Below, piece after piece: positions 25,227-38,432 of a DNA stretch of 64,000 nt. This DNA comes from Octopus sinensis (lineage: Eukaryota). The notes beneath the pieces were generated by a model that did not search any database, was not told where the DNA came from, and worked only from the letters and a program-made list of their open reading frames with translations. Each line of letters starts with the position of its first letter. Within the stretch, counting starts at the first letter, position 1. The stretch is taken from contig NC_043000.1 in NCBI RefSeq assembly GCF_006345805.1, positions 121,892,001-121,956,000 of the forward strand, in the 5' to 3' direction. Position numbers and translations under genes: made by a program.

Positions 25227-25749
25227 CCCCTTGATAACGGTTGACGCAAATATGCGATCACACTGTTGCTTGCCTACCCGCGGTTAACGTAAATATACGA
25301 CGTAGAGCTGCCCTACATCTATCACGGACTTTTTAGCGGCTGACGTATGTTTACGTTCGCTATCGTGTACTTTATCTCTTGAGGTACGCACGCTCGCCAT
25401 CCCGTGCATTATCTTAGCTATTTTAGGTTACGTTCAAGTCATGAGACTAGCAGTAGACCAATGACATGCGGATACTTTACATGCATAATACCGTGTTTTG
25501 AGTTGTACCACACGCAAGCAATTTTTTGAAAATGAGCAGAATAACTCGTGCATATCATATTATGATAAATAGCTTCACATAGTTCGTTTTCATAAACCGA
25601 TAGACGTAAATGTACGACGCTATGTTATTGTAAGGGTGAACGTAAATAGATGAGAGCTCGTTGGCACTTGTGTGTTTGTGTGGCCTCATTAGATAAAAAG
25701 AAACCGTAGCAGTGCATCGCATGCTTCGCGTAATACCGGCGTCAAGGGG
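25227..25749. mobile_element. piggyBac-like non-autonomous element (MITE)
   Basis: TTAA TSDs at 25223-25226 and 25750-25753. Termini CCCCTTGA...TCAAGGGG (8 bp perfect, extending imperfectly to about 21 bp). Confidence 0.8.
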
Positions 25750-28700
25750 TTAATAACAGAATACAAACTCTTTTTAGCACGACGTATACGTTTTTAAATA
25801 AAAATTTCTTCTTTTCATAAAACAAAGTGGAGGATTATTTGGCTATTAGAACAACACGTCTCTCGTATTATTGATTTTCACTTCTCTAACAATTTTGTAA
25901 CCAGGTATAATGTTTCCTTAGTATATACAGAATGAATTTATCCAATGGGATTTTCGTCTTTTAACATTTAATATGAATGGCATTATTTGTTGGTTGTATC
26001 AAGGAAACGATATTTAGAGATGTATTAGTTTCCGCTAAGTTATTCTATATGTTATACAAAGCTGATGAAACACCAAATCGTATGTTGGAATTTTCTAAAT
26101 GGGATACAAGGGTTTTGAGCGAATCACTTTGGCCAAGTGAGAGTATATATATATATATATATATATATAATAATCTGCCTGTTAGTTCGCGCGTTATACT
26201 TTAGTTAGAGAGGTGAAGGTGGGATGAGTAATAGAGAAAGAGGGGAGGAGTGTGAATAGAGAAGAAAGAAATACAGAAAGATGTATAAGGCCAAATGTGT
26301 CACGTGTGTTAGTTGAAGGCAGAGAGTAAGAGCGAGAGTAAAAGACGGTTAGAGAAAAGAGGGAGAGAGGAGCGTTAACATATGTTGTACGATGGGGAGG
26401 GTAATGTAAAGAGAAAGATATATGTTTAGGATACAATATATAGCAGAGAGTAATATACTTGTGGTGAGGTTAAAGAAAGACCGATAGGGAGAGTTGGACA
26501 AGGGAGGCAGTTGCATTAAGAAAAAGAAAGAAAGAGAGAGAGAGAGAGGAAGATAGCGTTTGAATTGTCAGATAGATGGATAGAAATGAAGTGAAGTGAG
26601 ATTTGTTACGGAATATAATAATGACGATAATGATGGTGGTGGTGGTGGTGGTGGTGATAGTGAAAATTATTTTTTTTATTGAACTAGATAATGATATTAT
26701 TCTTCTAACATTTCCTTCACACTTTACGCTTCAGCCTGTTTGAAATGAGAGGGTTGAAAGTGAGAGAGAGGACAGCGAGTGGGCAGATAGCCAGCTGATG
26801 CATTATGCTCTCACTCATGTTTTTAGTGGACGTGAGAGGTGAAAAAAAGAGAGAAATGTTAAAGATATGAAGATGGGAATTACATGGTTAAAATGTTTGT
26901 TGAAGCGGTAGAGAGAAGCAGAGAAGTATGAAGTGCTTAGCAGAGAGGCATTTTAAAATCATGTAATACTTTATTTTTACTGAAAGTGAAATAACTAATC
27001 AAAATGAAAATAAAATGAGAATCGTCCGTTGTCTTAAATAGTATCTCTTAATATTTTTCGCTCTGTGAAATGTCCACGGGTCCCTCAAATACAGAGTATA
27101 ATTCATTGGATACGTTATTTAACTATGCTCACTTTCAATGTCGTCTGAAATCTAAAATCAATATGTAATTGTTTTTTGCATTTTAGCACCTGATTACAGT
27201 TGAAGAAATATTTGGATACTGTTCTTATAAACAGAGCGAGCGAATTTGTTAATCCTTCTTTGGATGACACGTCCTATTTACATAGAAATAGTTATATGAC
27301 CCAGAATAATTTCACAATTGACTCTCATTCATCTCGCAAAATTACACATCATTCTACATTAGTTTCGACGAGAAAACTATAGAACCCCAAGCAATTTCGA
27401 TCAATTACTTGATTTACTACGCCGTAGACGGTTTGATTTCTGTGGGCTGCATCCAGACTATTTAAAGAGGGAGGAATCATATTGTCTGGAGGAAGGATCA
27501 TTTAGGATATGAGAAAATTTTCAGAGATATTTAACAGACATTTCTCGCTATTACCTCTAATAAGAAACTTCAGTTTAGGTAGATGTAAGAATACGGGAAA
27601 ACCTCCATAACAAAAGAAACTCCTACCATTATTCTTGTCTCTAGTTTACATGAACTGCTTCTTGCAAAATAGTATTTCCAAGATCGGTATTTTTTGCCTA
27701 TGCATCAAACAACAAAAATTGAAACTGATTTTCTGAGAAAATATCTTTTAACAAATTACTGTACAATAGTAAAACCTCACTAGATTATAATTTAAATGTG
27801 CAGCACAAAATATTATATGAAGGTGTCCATATATCTCAACTACTAACACCATATCTACTTCAACGTATGACGCATTTTAAATCAGAGATATGTTAGCTAG
27901 GAACTACGTTATAGAACAATAACTTTTCTTGAAAAATTACTGAGAATTACACACAAAGGTTCTTTCAAAGTATAGCTTTGCTCCAAATAACGGGCAAGAC
28001 CTCATATTTAGTTTTTGGAGTTTAGCATCTTTCATCTATTACTTAGAAGATGGCTGAAAATCATGTGAGTATATTGTATGGCGGTATATCTAAGTAACAT
28101 ATATTCTTGTATCATATGATAATAGCTGATACAAATTTTGGTTATTTCGTTAGTTCACTGGTTGATTTTGTAGTCGCGCGTAACGTTGTATGTAGAGAGG
28201 AGGGGTTCGATAAAAGTGAGTATAGAGAGACTTAATTGAAGTGCCTTAGGATGAGTGCACACGCGAGGTTTTGTGGCAAGTAATGATAAACGTTTGTAAA
28301 AATGAAATACCTCTCTCAAATGTCATTCAAACATAAATTTGAATGACATTTGACAGAGATATTTTTCGATGGAGTAGACAGCGACCATATTTATAAAATT
28401 TAGAATCATAATTACAAATATTTATTGCAAATTTACAAATTGGAAATTTATTTTATTTAATATTTTATTTTAAGATAACAAATATTTTTCTTTGTAAAGT
28501 AATATTTATATCATTAGTTTTTATAGCGCCAACAAATTTAATAAAAGTAAGCTATAATTATTGTGTGTATACATATGCCATATTTCCGATATTAGCCAAG
28601 CTGGCAAATGTATATTTCCGAACTTATATGTCAAATGATGAAAACAGCGTAAGATATTTATGAATACTAAGGAATAAAATGACCGAGCTTTCTCGATTAA

Positions 28701-29376
28701 AATAGGTATATCTTCATTATATATTTCGACAAACTATTTTGACCCGCGCTTCGCTCGTGTTTTGGTGGTGGTGTTGTTTTGTGCGTGTTGTCTCCTTTTC
28801 CCTTTCTTCTTTTGTTCGTCATTTTTTCTCTGGTTCTTTTTATTGCCCTCTTATTTACCCCCCCTTTCCAAAATTCCCCCCACAGTTTTACATCCACCAT
28901 TAAAGATAACCGCCTCAAGCCCCAGCAGCAACACGAAAAGCCCCCATTATTCAAACAGCGCAAACTGTCTAGCCCATTAAACTCAATTTTTCCCTTATTC
29001 CTCACCATGGCAAACAAACGGTAGCCCCGGGAGACTCGCAACTCTCCTCACACCATTCCCCACCCCATTGTACCCCCAGTGTAAATTCTGGCGCCAATGC
29101 GACCCCATCTACCATTCTCATCCCAAAATGAGTCCGCTTCTTTAACCACTTGGCCATGTGCCTCCACTAAGATTGAATAATATAGCAAATATATTTCATG
29201 TTTACATTTTATACTGAAACGTTAAGTTATTGTTTTGTACTATATTCCATAAATATATAATAGGATGCGCTAAAATTATCTTAACGTTCAGGAATTTAGT
29301 TTCTAAACAACAGAGTTCATGTCTCATCACAACCTTAGGCATGATCAAATGGAAAATTATATTTTGCAAATCTATA

Positions 29377-29517
29377 TAGGCGCAGGTGTGGCTGTGTGGT
29401 AAGTAGTTTGCTTACCAACCACATGGTTCCGAGTTCAGTCCCACTGTGGGGCACCTTGGGCAAGTGGGGCCGACTAAAACCTTGTGATTGGATTTCGGAG
29501 AAACTGAAAGACGCCCG

Positions 29518-29577
<60 letters not shown>

Positions 29578-29795
29578 GTTTGTGTGTCTACGTTTATCCC
29601 CCACTCCAATATCGCTTGACAACCCATGCTGGTGTGTTTACGTCCTGTAACTTAGCAGTTCGTTAAGAGAGACCCATAGAAGGACTAATAGGATTACAAA
29701 GAATAAATCCCGGGGTCGATTTGCTCGACTAAAGGCAGTGCTCCAGGATGGCCGCAATCAAATGACTGTAACATGTTAAAGAGTAAAAGAGAGAG
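29377..29795 (+). mobile_element. SINE family A
   Basis: Head TAGGCGCAGGTGTGGCTGTGTGG, B-box-like GAGTTCAGTCCC, CCTTGGGCAAGTG core, internal (TA)n, AAAGAGTAAAAGAG tail. Confidence 0.92.
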
Positions 29796-29938
29796 TTATC
29801 TTTTGACACGTGCCGCTTTATCTCCTCCAGATTTAGTGGTAACTCTCGTACAATGTTCCCACATTGTACGAAAGTTGTACGAGATCTCTTACGGCTGCTA
29901 ATAGTATGTCCTCCAACGGTTCACCATTTCTGGGCATA
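29796..29938 (-). pseudogene. Gypsy pol fragment homologous to about 36665-36808
   Basis: The reverse complement aligns with ATGCCCAGAACTGGTGATCCGTTGGAGGACAC...GGAGATAAAGAGACACGTATCAAAAGATAA of the downstream Gypsy element. Confidence 0.85.
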
Positions 29939-30486
29939 AAAGAATTTCTGTACTTTAGAGTAGAAATTTTGAAAAGATTACAAATTTTTAGATACCCCGA
30001 ATAATGTTGCCTTTCATGTTGTTTTGCCAAGAAAGGAGAGTAAAGTACAGATACGTCGAATAAATATGCTTAATAAACTTACGGAAAGAAAGATATATTT
30101 AAAAACAATCAACTTTACACATTTATTGACTTTAAAGTGATATTCACTGCGTCACTTTCATTTTGTACCAGACTTCGAGGTCGGCTTGCTAGAATTTTAA
30201 TTGCGTACGTCTCCAACGAGTCTACCCATAAAAGAATACGTATAAATATACGCATGTATAAAGACAAACACACACACGCACATATATATATATATATATA
30301 TACACATATATATATATATATACATATATATATACATACACATATATTTATATATATATATGTCCATATATATACATGTCCATATATATATATACATGTC
30401 CATATATATATACATACATATATATATATATATACATATATATATACATATATTTATATATATACACATATATATATACATACACA

Positions 30487-30517
<31 letters not shown>

Positions 30518-30523
30518 CCACAT

Positions 30524-30607
<84 letters not shown>

Positions 30608-31029
30608 TATATATATAAACACATACATAGACGACAATGGGCGATAGTGAAAAAGTGAAGGGGAAAGAGAGACAGAGGGAGATAGAGAAAGAGATTGCTA
30701 CACCAATAAATTATTGCAATGACTTATCAAAGACTGTTAATAATATTTTTTTATCTGATGAAGATACATAAATTTATTGCAATAAATTACATTTTCAATT
30801 TGTTTTCGTCCTAACAACTCGTTATCGCTCAACGCCAGATATATGTAATTACATGTTTTATTATAGAGGATAAAACAGAGTAACGCAGTTTCTGTGTGAA
30901 TGGTAGAGAAGACGAGATGTGAGGGGTTTTTCTCATTTGTGTTTTTGTTTGTTTTGTTTTGTTTTTTTTTTGTAAGAATAGTAGTGATGATGAAAATATG
31001 ATTACTGGAACAGTCATATGAAACATACA

Positions 31030-32070
31030 GAAGAATGTGGAAAAAGGAGGGGAGGGAGCAGGGGAGGAAGGAAGGAATGGAGAAGGGGAGTGGAGGAGGG
31101 GGAGAGAACGGAGGGAGGGAAGGGGGAGGGGAGTAGGAGGGGAGATGATGGGCGGAGGGGAAGGAGAAGTCAATGGGGGAGAAGGAGAAGGAGAAGAAGG
31201 AAAGGAGAGAGAAGAAGAAGAAGAAGTAGAGGAAGAAAAAAGAAGAGGTAGAAAACGGAGATAAAGAAGAGGAAAGGGGGAGTAGAGGAAGAGAAAGAAG
31301 AAATAAATGTAGAAGATGAAGGGGAAGAAAAAAGAAGAGGGAAGAAGAAGAGAAAAACAGAAATGAGAGAAGAACAGGAAGACGGGAAGAAGAAGAAGAA
31401 CAACAACAACAACAATAACAACATGAAAAGGAAGAAAAAGAAGAGGAAGAAATAAGGGGATGAATAAGGGGAAGTAGAGAAAAGAAGAAGTAAAAGTAGA
31501 TGAGGAAGAAAAAGAAGCGAAAGAAAAAAAAGAGAAAGAAAAAGAAGTGGAAGAAAAAGAAGAGAAAGAAAAAGAAGAGGAAGAAAAAGAAGTGGAATAA
31601 AAAGAAGAAAGAAAAAGAAGAAGAAAAAGAAGAGAAAGAAAAAGAAGAGAAAGAAAAAGAAGTGGAAGAAAAAGAAGAGAAAGAAAAAGAAGTGGAAGAA
31701 AAAGAAGAGGAAGAAAAAGAAGAAGAAGAAAAAGAAGAGAAAGAAAAAGAAGAGAAAGAAAAAGAAGTGGAAGAAAAAGAAGAGAAAGAAAAAGAAGTGG
31801 AAGAAAAAGAAGAGGAAGAAAAAGAAGATGAAGAAAAAGAAGTGGAAGAAAAAGAAGAGAAAGAAAAAGAAGAGAAAGAAAAAGAAGAGGAAGAAAAAGA
31901 AGTGGAAGAAAAAGAAGAGAAAGAAAAAGAAGAGGAAGGACAAGAGTAGAACAGGAAAAAGAGTAGAACAGGAAAAAGAGGAGAACGGGAGGAAGAAGAA
32001 GAAGAAGAAGAAGAAGGAGGAGGAGGAGGAGGAAGTGGAAGGAAAAAAGAAGAAGAAGAAGATGATGATG
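31030..32070 (+). repeat. about 1-kb polypurine tract including a 15-bp minisatellite (RAAGAAAAAGAAGWG)n at about 31505-31940
   Basis: Plus strand is almost entirely A/G, with roughly 29 15-mer units. Confidence 0.9.
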
Positions 32071-33447
32071 ATGATATTTAGAAATGAAATTGCAAGGAAA
32101 GAAAGAGACTGTTTTTGCCGAAAGGCCCAAAATAAAAGAGAATGAGAAACATTTGCGAAACTTTTGCGAAAAGACACGTTTGGGTATGCGTGCAAAATGT
32201 ATCGCAAAGACTGACAGCGTGAGGGAGAAGACTAACACATAGAAATAGATAGACATATGAAGGAACTGGAATAAATAGCAGAGGAAATGAGAAAGGTATA
32301 TTGATAGGAAATAGATGGGTTGTCTGTTAGTTATAGTGATATAGCTGACCTTCAAAGAATTTCATAATGGCTTCAATATTTCCGATATTTAACTACTGCA
32401 TCGATTTGGAAGAGAAAAATATCCTCAGATTAAATGATTGGTTTCTAATTTGTTACGTTTTGATGATCAAAGCTGATTAGTGAAATCGTTCGGGATCAAA
32501 AACAATGCACTTAGCGTTTAATATTTACCAGGCCAATAACTTTTGCTTGAAAAATTACACAGATGTCTTCGCAGATAACCATTGTATAATAATTCTTTTA
32601 TTCACCTATTTGTCGAATCGCTTCTTTCATTGTAATGAAACATTCAACGGAACATGGTAACTGATTCTAATTAGGAATCACTCGAGATATCACAAACTGA
32701 AACTTGGGCCTATTAAACCTTAACGTTTCTGTTTAATTTTTAATTTACAGTAAATTTCCTTTAGTGTATCATTTTAGCGACATTTTATACCTTCTACAGA
32801 TATTATATGTGTAATTATTTCGGTTAAATTATGTTTGGTATCTGCAACAGACATAAAATAACCCTCTGCTCGTGTAATCTACAATAATAATCTCAATCGC
32901 AACGCCCAAAAGTTTCCACTTAAATACGCCAACTTAAACAGAATTACAATTAATTACCATAATTGCTACTTCATACAAATAATCTGAACTAAACGATGAT
33001 TAAGTAAATAAGTAAATTTTATTAAATTTCTGAGTTAGCTGCTCGTGACACTACTTCGATTTACAGTTGACGGAATAACAGTATTTAACAATTATAGTAT
33101 TGTGGAACCTTATAGTGTTTTACAATAATTACAGCAATTGATTTAGCATTAAAACCTTACTTATAGCAACACAGAAATTCGATGCGATGCAGCAGTGTGG
33201 AAGTAACGGCGAGATCAATGCTTTATGTATTTTCAATGTAATTTGGTTTTGTTACTGACGAACCAGTTCATTCTGAATTGCACCCTCTGTGTAGACATAT
33301 GAAAGAATATCAATGCGAATTTAGACTCTGACGCAAGAACATTGAAGTATCGCAATTGGCGCATTTGTTTAGTTGGTTAGTACTGCAGTAAATATGACTA
33401 TCGAACTCTGCGGTAATGGAAGTGTTTTTTGTGGCTTTTGAAAACCC

Positions 33448-33873
33448 GGATCTTTTCGGTTTGACCGGCAGTTTTTAAAAATAATTTCCTCGTAACTAAA
33501 CACTTTAAAACTTCGCATACTGGTAGAATGTGTTTATAAAACATCTTTTTCTCTTGGCTTTATTGAGGAAATTCTATAGTTTGTAAGATATTTGTTGTTT
33601 TTTCTTCAATTTCTGCAATTTCAACCAATCAATGACGTCTGTTAAGGTGAAAACATTCTGTGCCGTATGAATATGTCCCTCGTTTAAGAAACAGATGGGG
33701 TTTATTTACATTTCAGAAGAAAAAAAAGATACCCTCCCCCACACCTAACCCTAACTCTAACCCTAAGCCTAAAACAGATTGAAATGCAATAGATCGATTC
33801 TAGGGTCATAATTATGGGTGACAATTTCATATAACACCGCTAGAAAAAACTGCCATTCAAACTGAAAAGATCC
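33448..33873. mobile_element. MITE with about 30-bp TIRs and 8-bp TSD (Merlin-like)
   Basis: Left TIR GGATCTTTTCGGTTTGACCGGCAGTTTTT versus right reverse complement GGATCTTTTCAGTTTGAATGGCAGTTTTT. Flanks are GAAAACCC and GACAACCC. GG termini with an 8-9 bp TSD are typical of Merlin. Confidence 0.75.
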
Positions 33874-36808
33874 GACAACCCACAGAGATAAGCTTGTAAG
33901 ATATACGACTAGTTACCTAAGTCTTTTCTGAAGTATTAGATTCATTAGTAAACTTTTCTAACAGGAAAACCAAGTCGTGTTAAAGCTTCAGTTTTTTATA
34001 ATCATCAACGCCTTCCGTCCTTCAGTCGAAATGTGTACACGATCGTATCTTACTTTTGTATCTTACTTTTTTATTGATTAACTTTAATTCCATATAACAT
34101 ATCATTGAGCTTCCACTAAAATTTTGGAAGTTAAAAAAATAAAAGAAATGAAATCATTACATTTTTTTCTTTATTTATGTATTTCAGACAGACTTATTAA
34201 AATGTCTGAGAAAATCATAAAACTATGAAGATAATTAAGTTAGCTATCGAAAATCAAGTGAACGTCATACAAAACAACAAATCCAACAAAATTTTATATT
34301 TGAAAAAAAAAAAAACAAACGTATTAGTTGTTTTAGTATGGAGAGACAAATTAGCTTGAAGATGAAGAATAAATGAAAATTTTCAGAGAAATGAAGGCAG
34401 AAAACAAGTATCATTTTCATTATCAAGATTTCCTAAATTTACACCAGCAGCCACGTATAAATTTCGGTTAATCGATAAGGAGCAGCAATATACTTGGTGT
34501 TATTGCAATGCGTTGTGTCTGCTTTTTCACGTATCTGTAAATAAATCCGCTATCAATTACGTAAGTCTGATGGTAGTTGCGGAAGAACTACATCGTTAAA
34601 TAATTATTTTCGTTTGCATAAAATTTGTCACCATTAAATTCTGATTTCAATTATAAGAAGGACAGTAGAAAGACATACAAATATCCAGTTTCGGATATAA
34701 CTTCTTGATTTTCGTCGAGTGATTTTGTACATCCCACTACTTCTAACCGTGTGTAATGGATGATATAAAAGTCTCTGTTTTTATAATCGCCAACGCCTTA
34801 CGTCCTTCTGCTAAAATGTGCACACGATTGTAATCGCTGTAAAAAAAGTGATTTTGTATCCATACTGGTTCGTTCTCAGATCAAACTATCGCGTTACTCA
34901 GATACTTCCTCTCTAAGCCAGTTTCTATATAGTATGGTGAGCGATATTCCACAAGTATCGGTTATGTTCACCATACTCTCCACTTATTTCTTTATATTTA
35001 TTTCTATCTATTCTGTACAATAACTATGTCTTTACCCTGTTGAATCACATAAGAATATTATGTCTATATATAACAAATGTTTTGTGTTTTCTGCCTTACT
35101 TTTCACTTTAGTCGATGACGTCTTACAAACTGGGCATCAACAACATTAATCAGTGCTGTAGGTGTTTAAAGACTTTGAAGGATTCCTGCTGCGTAAAACG
35201 TTTATAGACACGTACTATATGTTGCATTAGTAGTAATTTACATATGGATGATAATAAATTTCCCATTTACCAGATTCTCTGAATACAGCTGTTAAGTACA
35301 TGCAACCAAGAAGCGTCACGTCACATTCCTCATGTAGGTATTAACTGTAACTTAAAAACATTCTCCAATAGAATCATGAAATATTTCTGCTTCAAGAGTG
35401 TAAAGGTCTGTTACACGTTAATGTAACATTATCCTAAACAGCCTTTTCAAATCTTGTACAAGTCACATTTAACGCTTTCAGTCTCGCTGCTGATGTTAAA
35501 CTTAAAAGTCACTGATCATCACTCCTGGGTATATTATTTCGTAATATAGTACAATTTATATTGTAGAAACTTGGCTTTTTTTTTTACTTCAAAGATACCT
35601 TCGAAGGTATCAACATTTAGTGAAACACACAACTGAATTCTGATCCCATTTAAAAGGTTTTGCTCCTCGTAGAAAATAACGTAGATTGCATCCAAAAGCC
35701 ATACTTACATACTCCAATCCCTACATACTCCAATCCCTATATACTCCAATCCCTCGTCAGAAGATGTGAAACAACATGCTCTCTCATTCAGAGTGAGCAA
35801 TATAAATACGGCATCTTTCTAAAACAGTCCCACACATGTGCCACTCATCTTTGGTATCACACGAACAAGAGCACAGTCATTATTTTCATAGAACGAAGGT
35901 GGTGAGCGGGCAGAATCGTTTGCAAGCTGAACAAAATGCTTAGCAGCATTTCATCCATGTTTACGTTTAGACTTCACATTCTGCCCTGATCGATTTCCCT
36001 TGCTTCCATTCGAGTTCGATAAAATGAACATCAGTTTGTCACTAACATTGATGTAATTGACTTGTCCCCTCCCCACAATATTGTAGGCCTTGTACCTATA
36101 TAAGACAAAGGCGAATTCTGGAGAAAAAATCAAATACTTAGGTCAAGTAATTGACCTAAGAGGTTGAAGACCAGACCCATCAAAGGCGACGGCAATACGA
36201 AATATTTCTGTCCAAACGAACGTCGAATTTTTACAAGCATTTTTAGGCTTGGTAAACTAGTATCAAGTATATATCCCAAACATACACAAGTCAAGGCCTC
36301 CAATAAATGAGCTGCTAAAAACGGATGCCAAGTGGTTTTGGTCAGAAAAAATGCCAGAAACATTTGAGGAACTGAAAAGCATGTTAACTTCAGACTTGTC
36401 ATATACAATCATAGCCAAATTTTAAAAATAGGCATTGGCGATTATATTCGGCATGAAATAGTTCCACAGGTTTATTCATGTTTGTAGGTTTACACTTCAA
36501 AGAGACCATCACCCGTTGCTAACGGTTTATGAATCCAAGAAAGGAATTCCAGTAAATGCAATAAGCAGGTTGCAGCGATGAGGTAACATACTACTAAATT
36601 ACGACTATGCAATGGAATAGCTCCTCTCAAAAAATCTTGGACATGCTGACGGCTTATATAGACTAATGCCCAGAACTGGTGATCCGTTGGAGGACACAGT
36701 AACAGCAGCCCTAAGAGCCAAAGGCGAAATTAAGCACATAATGTAGAACATTGTAAGAGAGTTACCAATAACTCTGCAGGAGATAAAGAGACACGTATCA
36801 AAAGATAA

Positions 36809-37021
36809 CTCTCTCTTTTACTTGTTCCAGTCATTTGGCTGTGGCCATGCTGGAGCACTGCCTTTAGTCGAGCAAATTGACCCCTCGACTTATTCATTGT
36901 AAGCCTAGTACTTATCCTATCCGTCATTTTTGCCGAACCGGTAAGTTACGGGGACGTAAGCACACCAGCATCGGTTGCCAGGCGATGTTGGGGTGACAAA
37001 CACAGACACACAAACATATAC

Positions 37022-37084
<63 letters not shown>

Positions 37085-37256
37085 CATACATATATACGAC
37101 GGACTTGTTTCAGTTTCCGTCCACCAAATCCACTCACAAGGCTGTGGTCGGCCCGAGGCTATAGTAGAAGACACCAAGGTGATACGGAGTGGGACTGAAC
37201 CCGGAACCATGTGGTCGATAAGCAAGCTACTTGCCATACACAGACTCCTACGCCTA
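36809..37256 (-). mobile_element. SINE family A nested in Gypsy pol
   Basis: Full family A organisation. Pol sequence resumes after it (AAAGATAA|TTTCATT), with a possible ATAA duplication. Confidence 0.92.
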
Positions 37257-38432
37257 TAATTTCATTAATTAAACAAAAAAAACTATGTAATCAGCTAAAG
37301 AAAACGAAAATAGCTTCGGTAAGAAAAAAAACAGCAACATGTAAACATATTCAACAGGTGACGGTGTACTGATGCATTGCCAAAGGGAAGTGATACCTGA
37401 AACTTTACAAAAAACAATGTTGAAAGAATTCCATATTGGACACCCGGATATAGCAAGAATGAAAGTGCTTATGGACAAGGAAGTTGAAAACGTAGCAAAA
37501 AGGCTGCAAAGAATGCGCTCTGGCGGCAAAATTATCTACTCAAAAATGAGAGCCTTGGCTAGCAGTAAAAAATCCGTAGTCAGTACTATATATCGATTTT
37601 GAGGGTCTATTAAATGATTAATACTACTTAGTAGTAGTTGACAGTTTTACAAAATGGCCGGAAATTGTTAAGTGTAAAAGGCCAACCGCCGAAACTGTAA
37701 TAAATTTTTTGCAAGAATTATTCGCAAGATTTGGCATCTCAGGCGTAACTATATCGGATAATGGAACACAATTTGTGTCCAATGAATTTAGAAAATTCTG
37801 CAAAATTTTCACGGTAGGATATAAAACGATAGCACCTTACTATCCCAGATCAAATGAACAGGTAGAGCATTCTGCAGACACTTTTAAAAGAGCTTAGAGA
37901 AAAGCAAATTAGGAAGTCACAGACGAAGTCGCTCTGCAGCAATTCCTAAGGGTAGACAGTGTGACGCCGAACCAGCTCACCAGCGGAACAGATGTTCGTG
38001 AGGAAGGTAAAATCAGTTTTTGATAAACCGTTAACAGGTGACGAAAGAAAAAAAGTACCAGGAAAGACAATCTAAAATTTTTCGAAATTGCTGATAATGT
38101 GTATATAAGGTCGTATAAAATGGAAAACAATACTGGAAAGAAGGAAAGCATACAAAGTACATAGGAAAAATGATGTACGGAATTAAAAACAGAAAAGGTA
38201 TTGAAAAAAGACACAGAAAACAATTGAAGTGATTCATTGAAAATGAACCAGATTAGAAGAATCTATGGAATATCTGCGCACAAATAGATGAAAAAGGAAG
38301 AACACAGAATTCCTACAAATAGACGCCAATAATAAAAAAAATATTAAGTTGGAAAAACAAACGTAAAATGGGAGCGGGTGGATAAAATTAAAATAAACTT
38401 ACTTCTTTCCCCTGAAAAACCAAAAGGGGAGA

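Noticed and set aside
28725-29170. Possible Helitron 5' end (AACTA...CCCGCGCTTCGC) plus a 45-nt SINE head remnant
   Set aside because: I found no 3' hairpin with a CTRR end and no second copy in the window, so support is insufficient.
30829-32355. 508-aa, 345-aa and poly-Lys/Glu ORFs
   Set aside because: They are produced by the polypurine minisatellite, are open in several frames on both strands, and show no domain or splice support.
33744-33772. Telomeric repeat as a true telomere or fusion site
   Set aside because: It is only about five degenerate units and lies inside a TIR-bounded element.
35820-36120. Continuation of Gypsy RT (YLDD region) or a 5' LTR upstream of 36120
   Set aside because: I found no RT motifs in frames read on either strand, and no copy of the 38433-38698 LTR elsewhere in the window.
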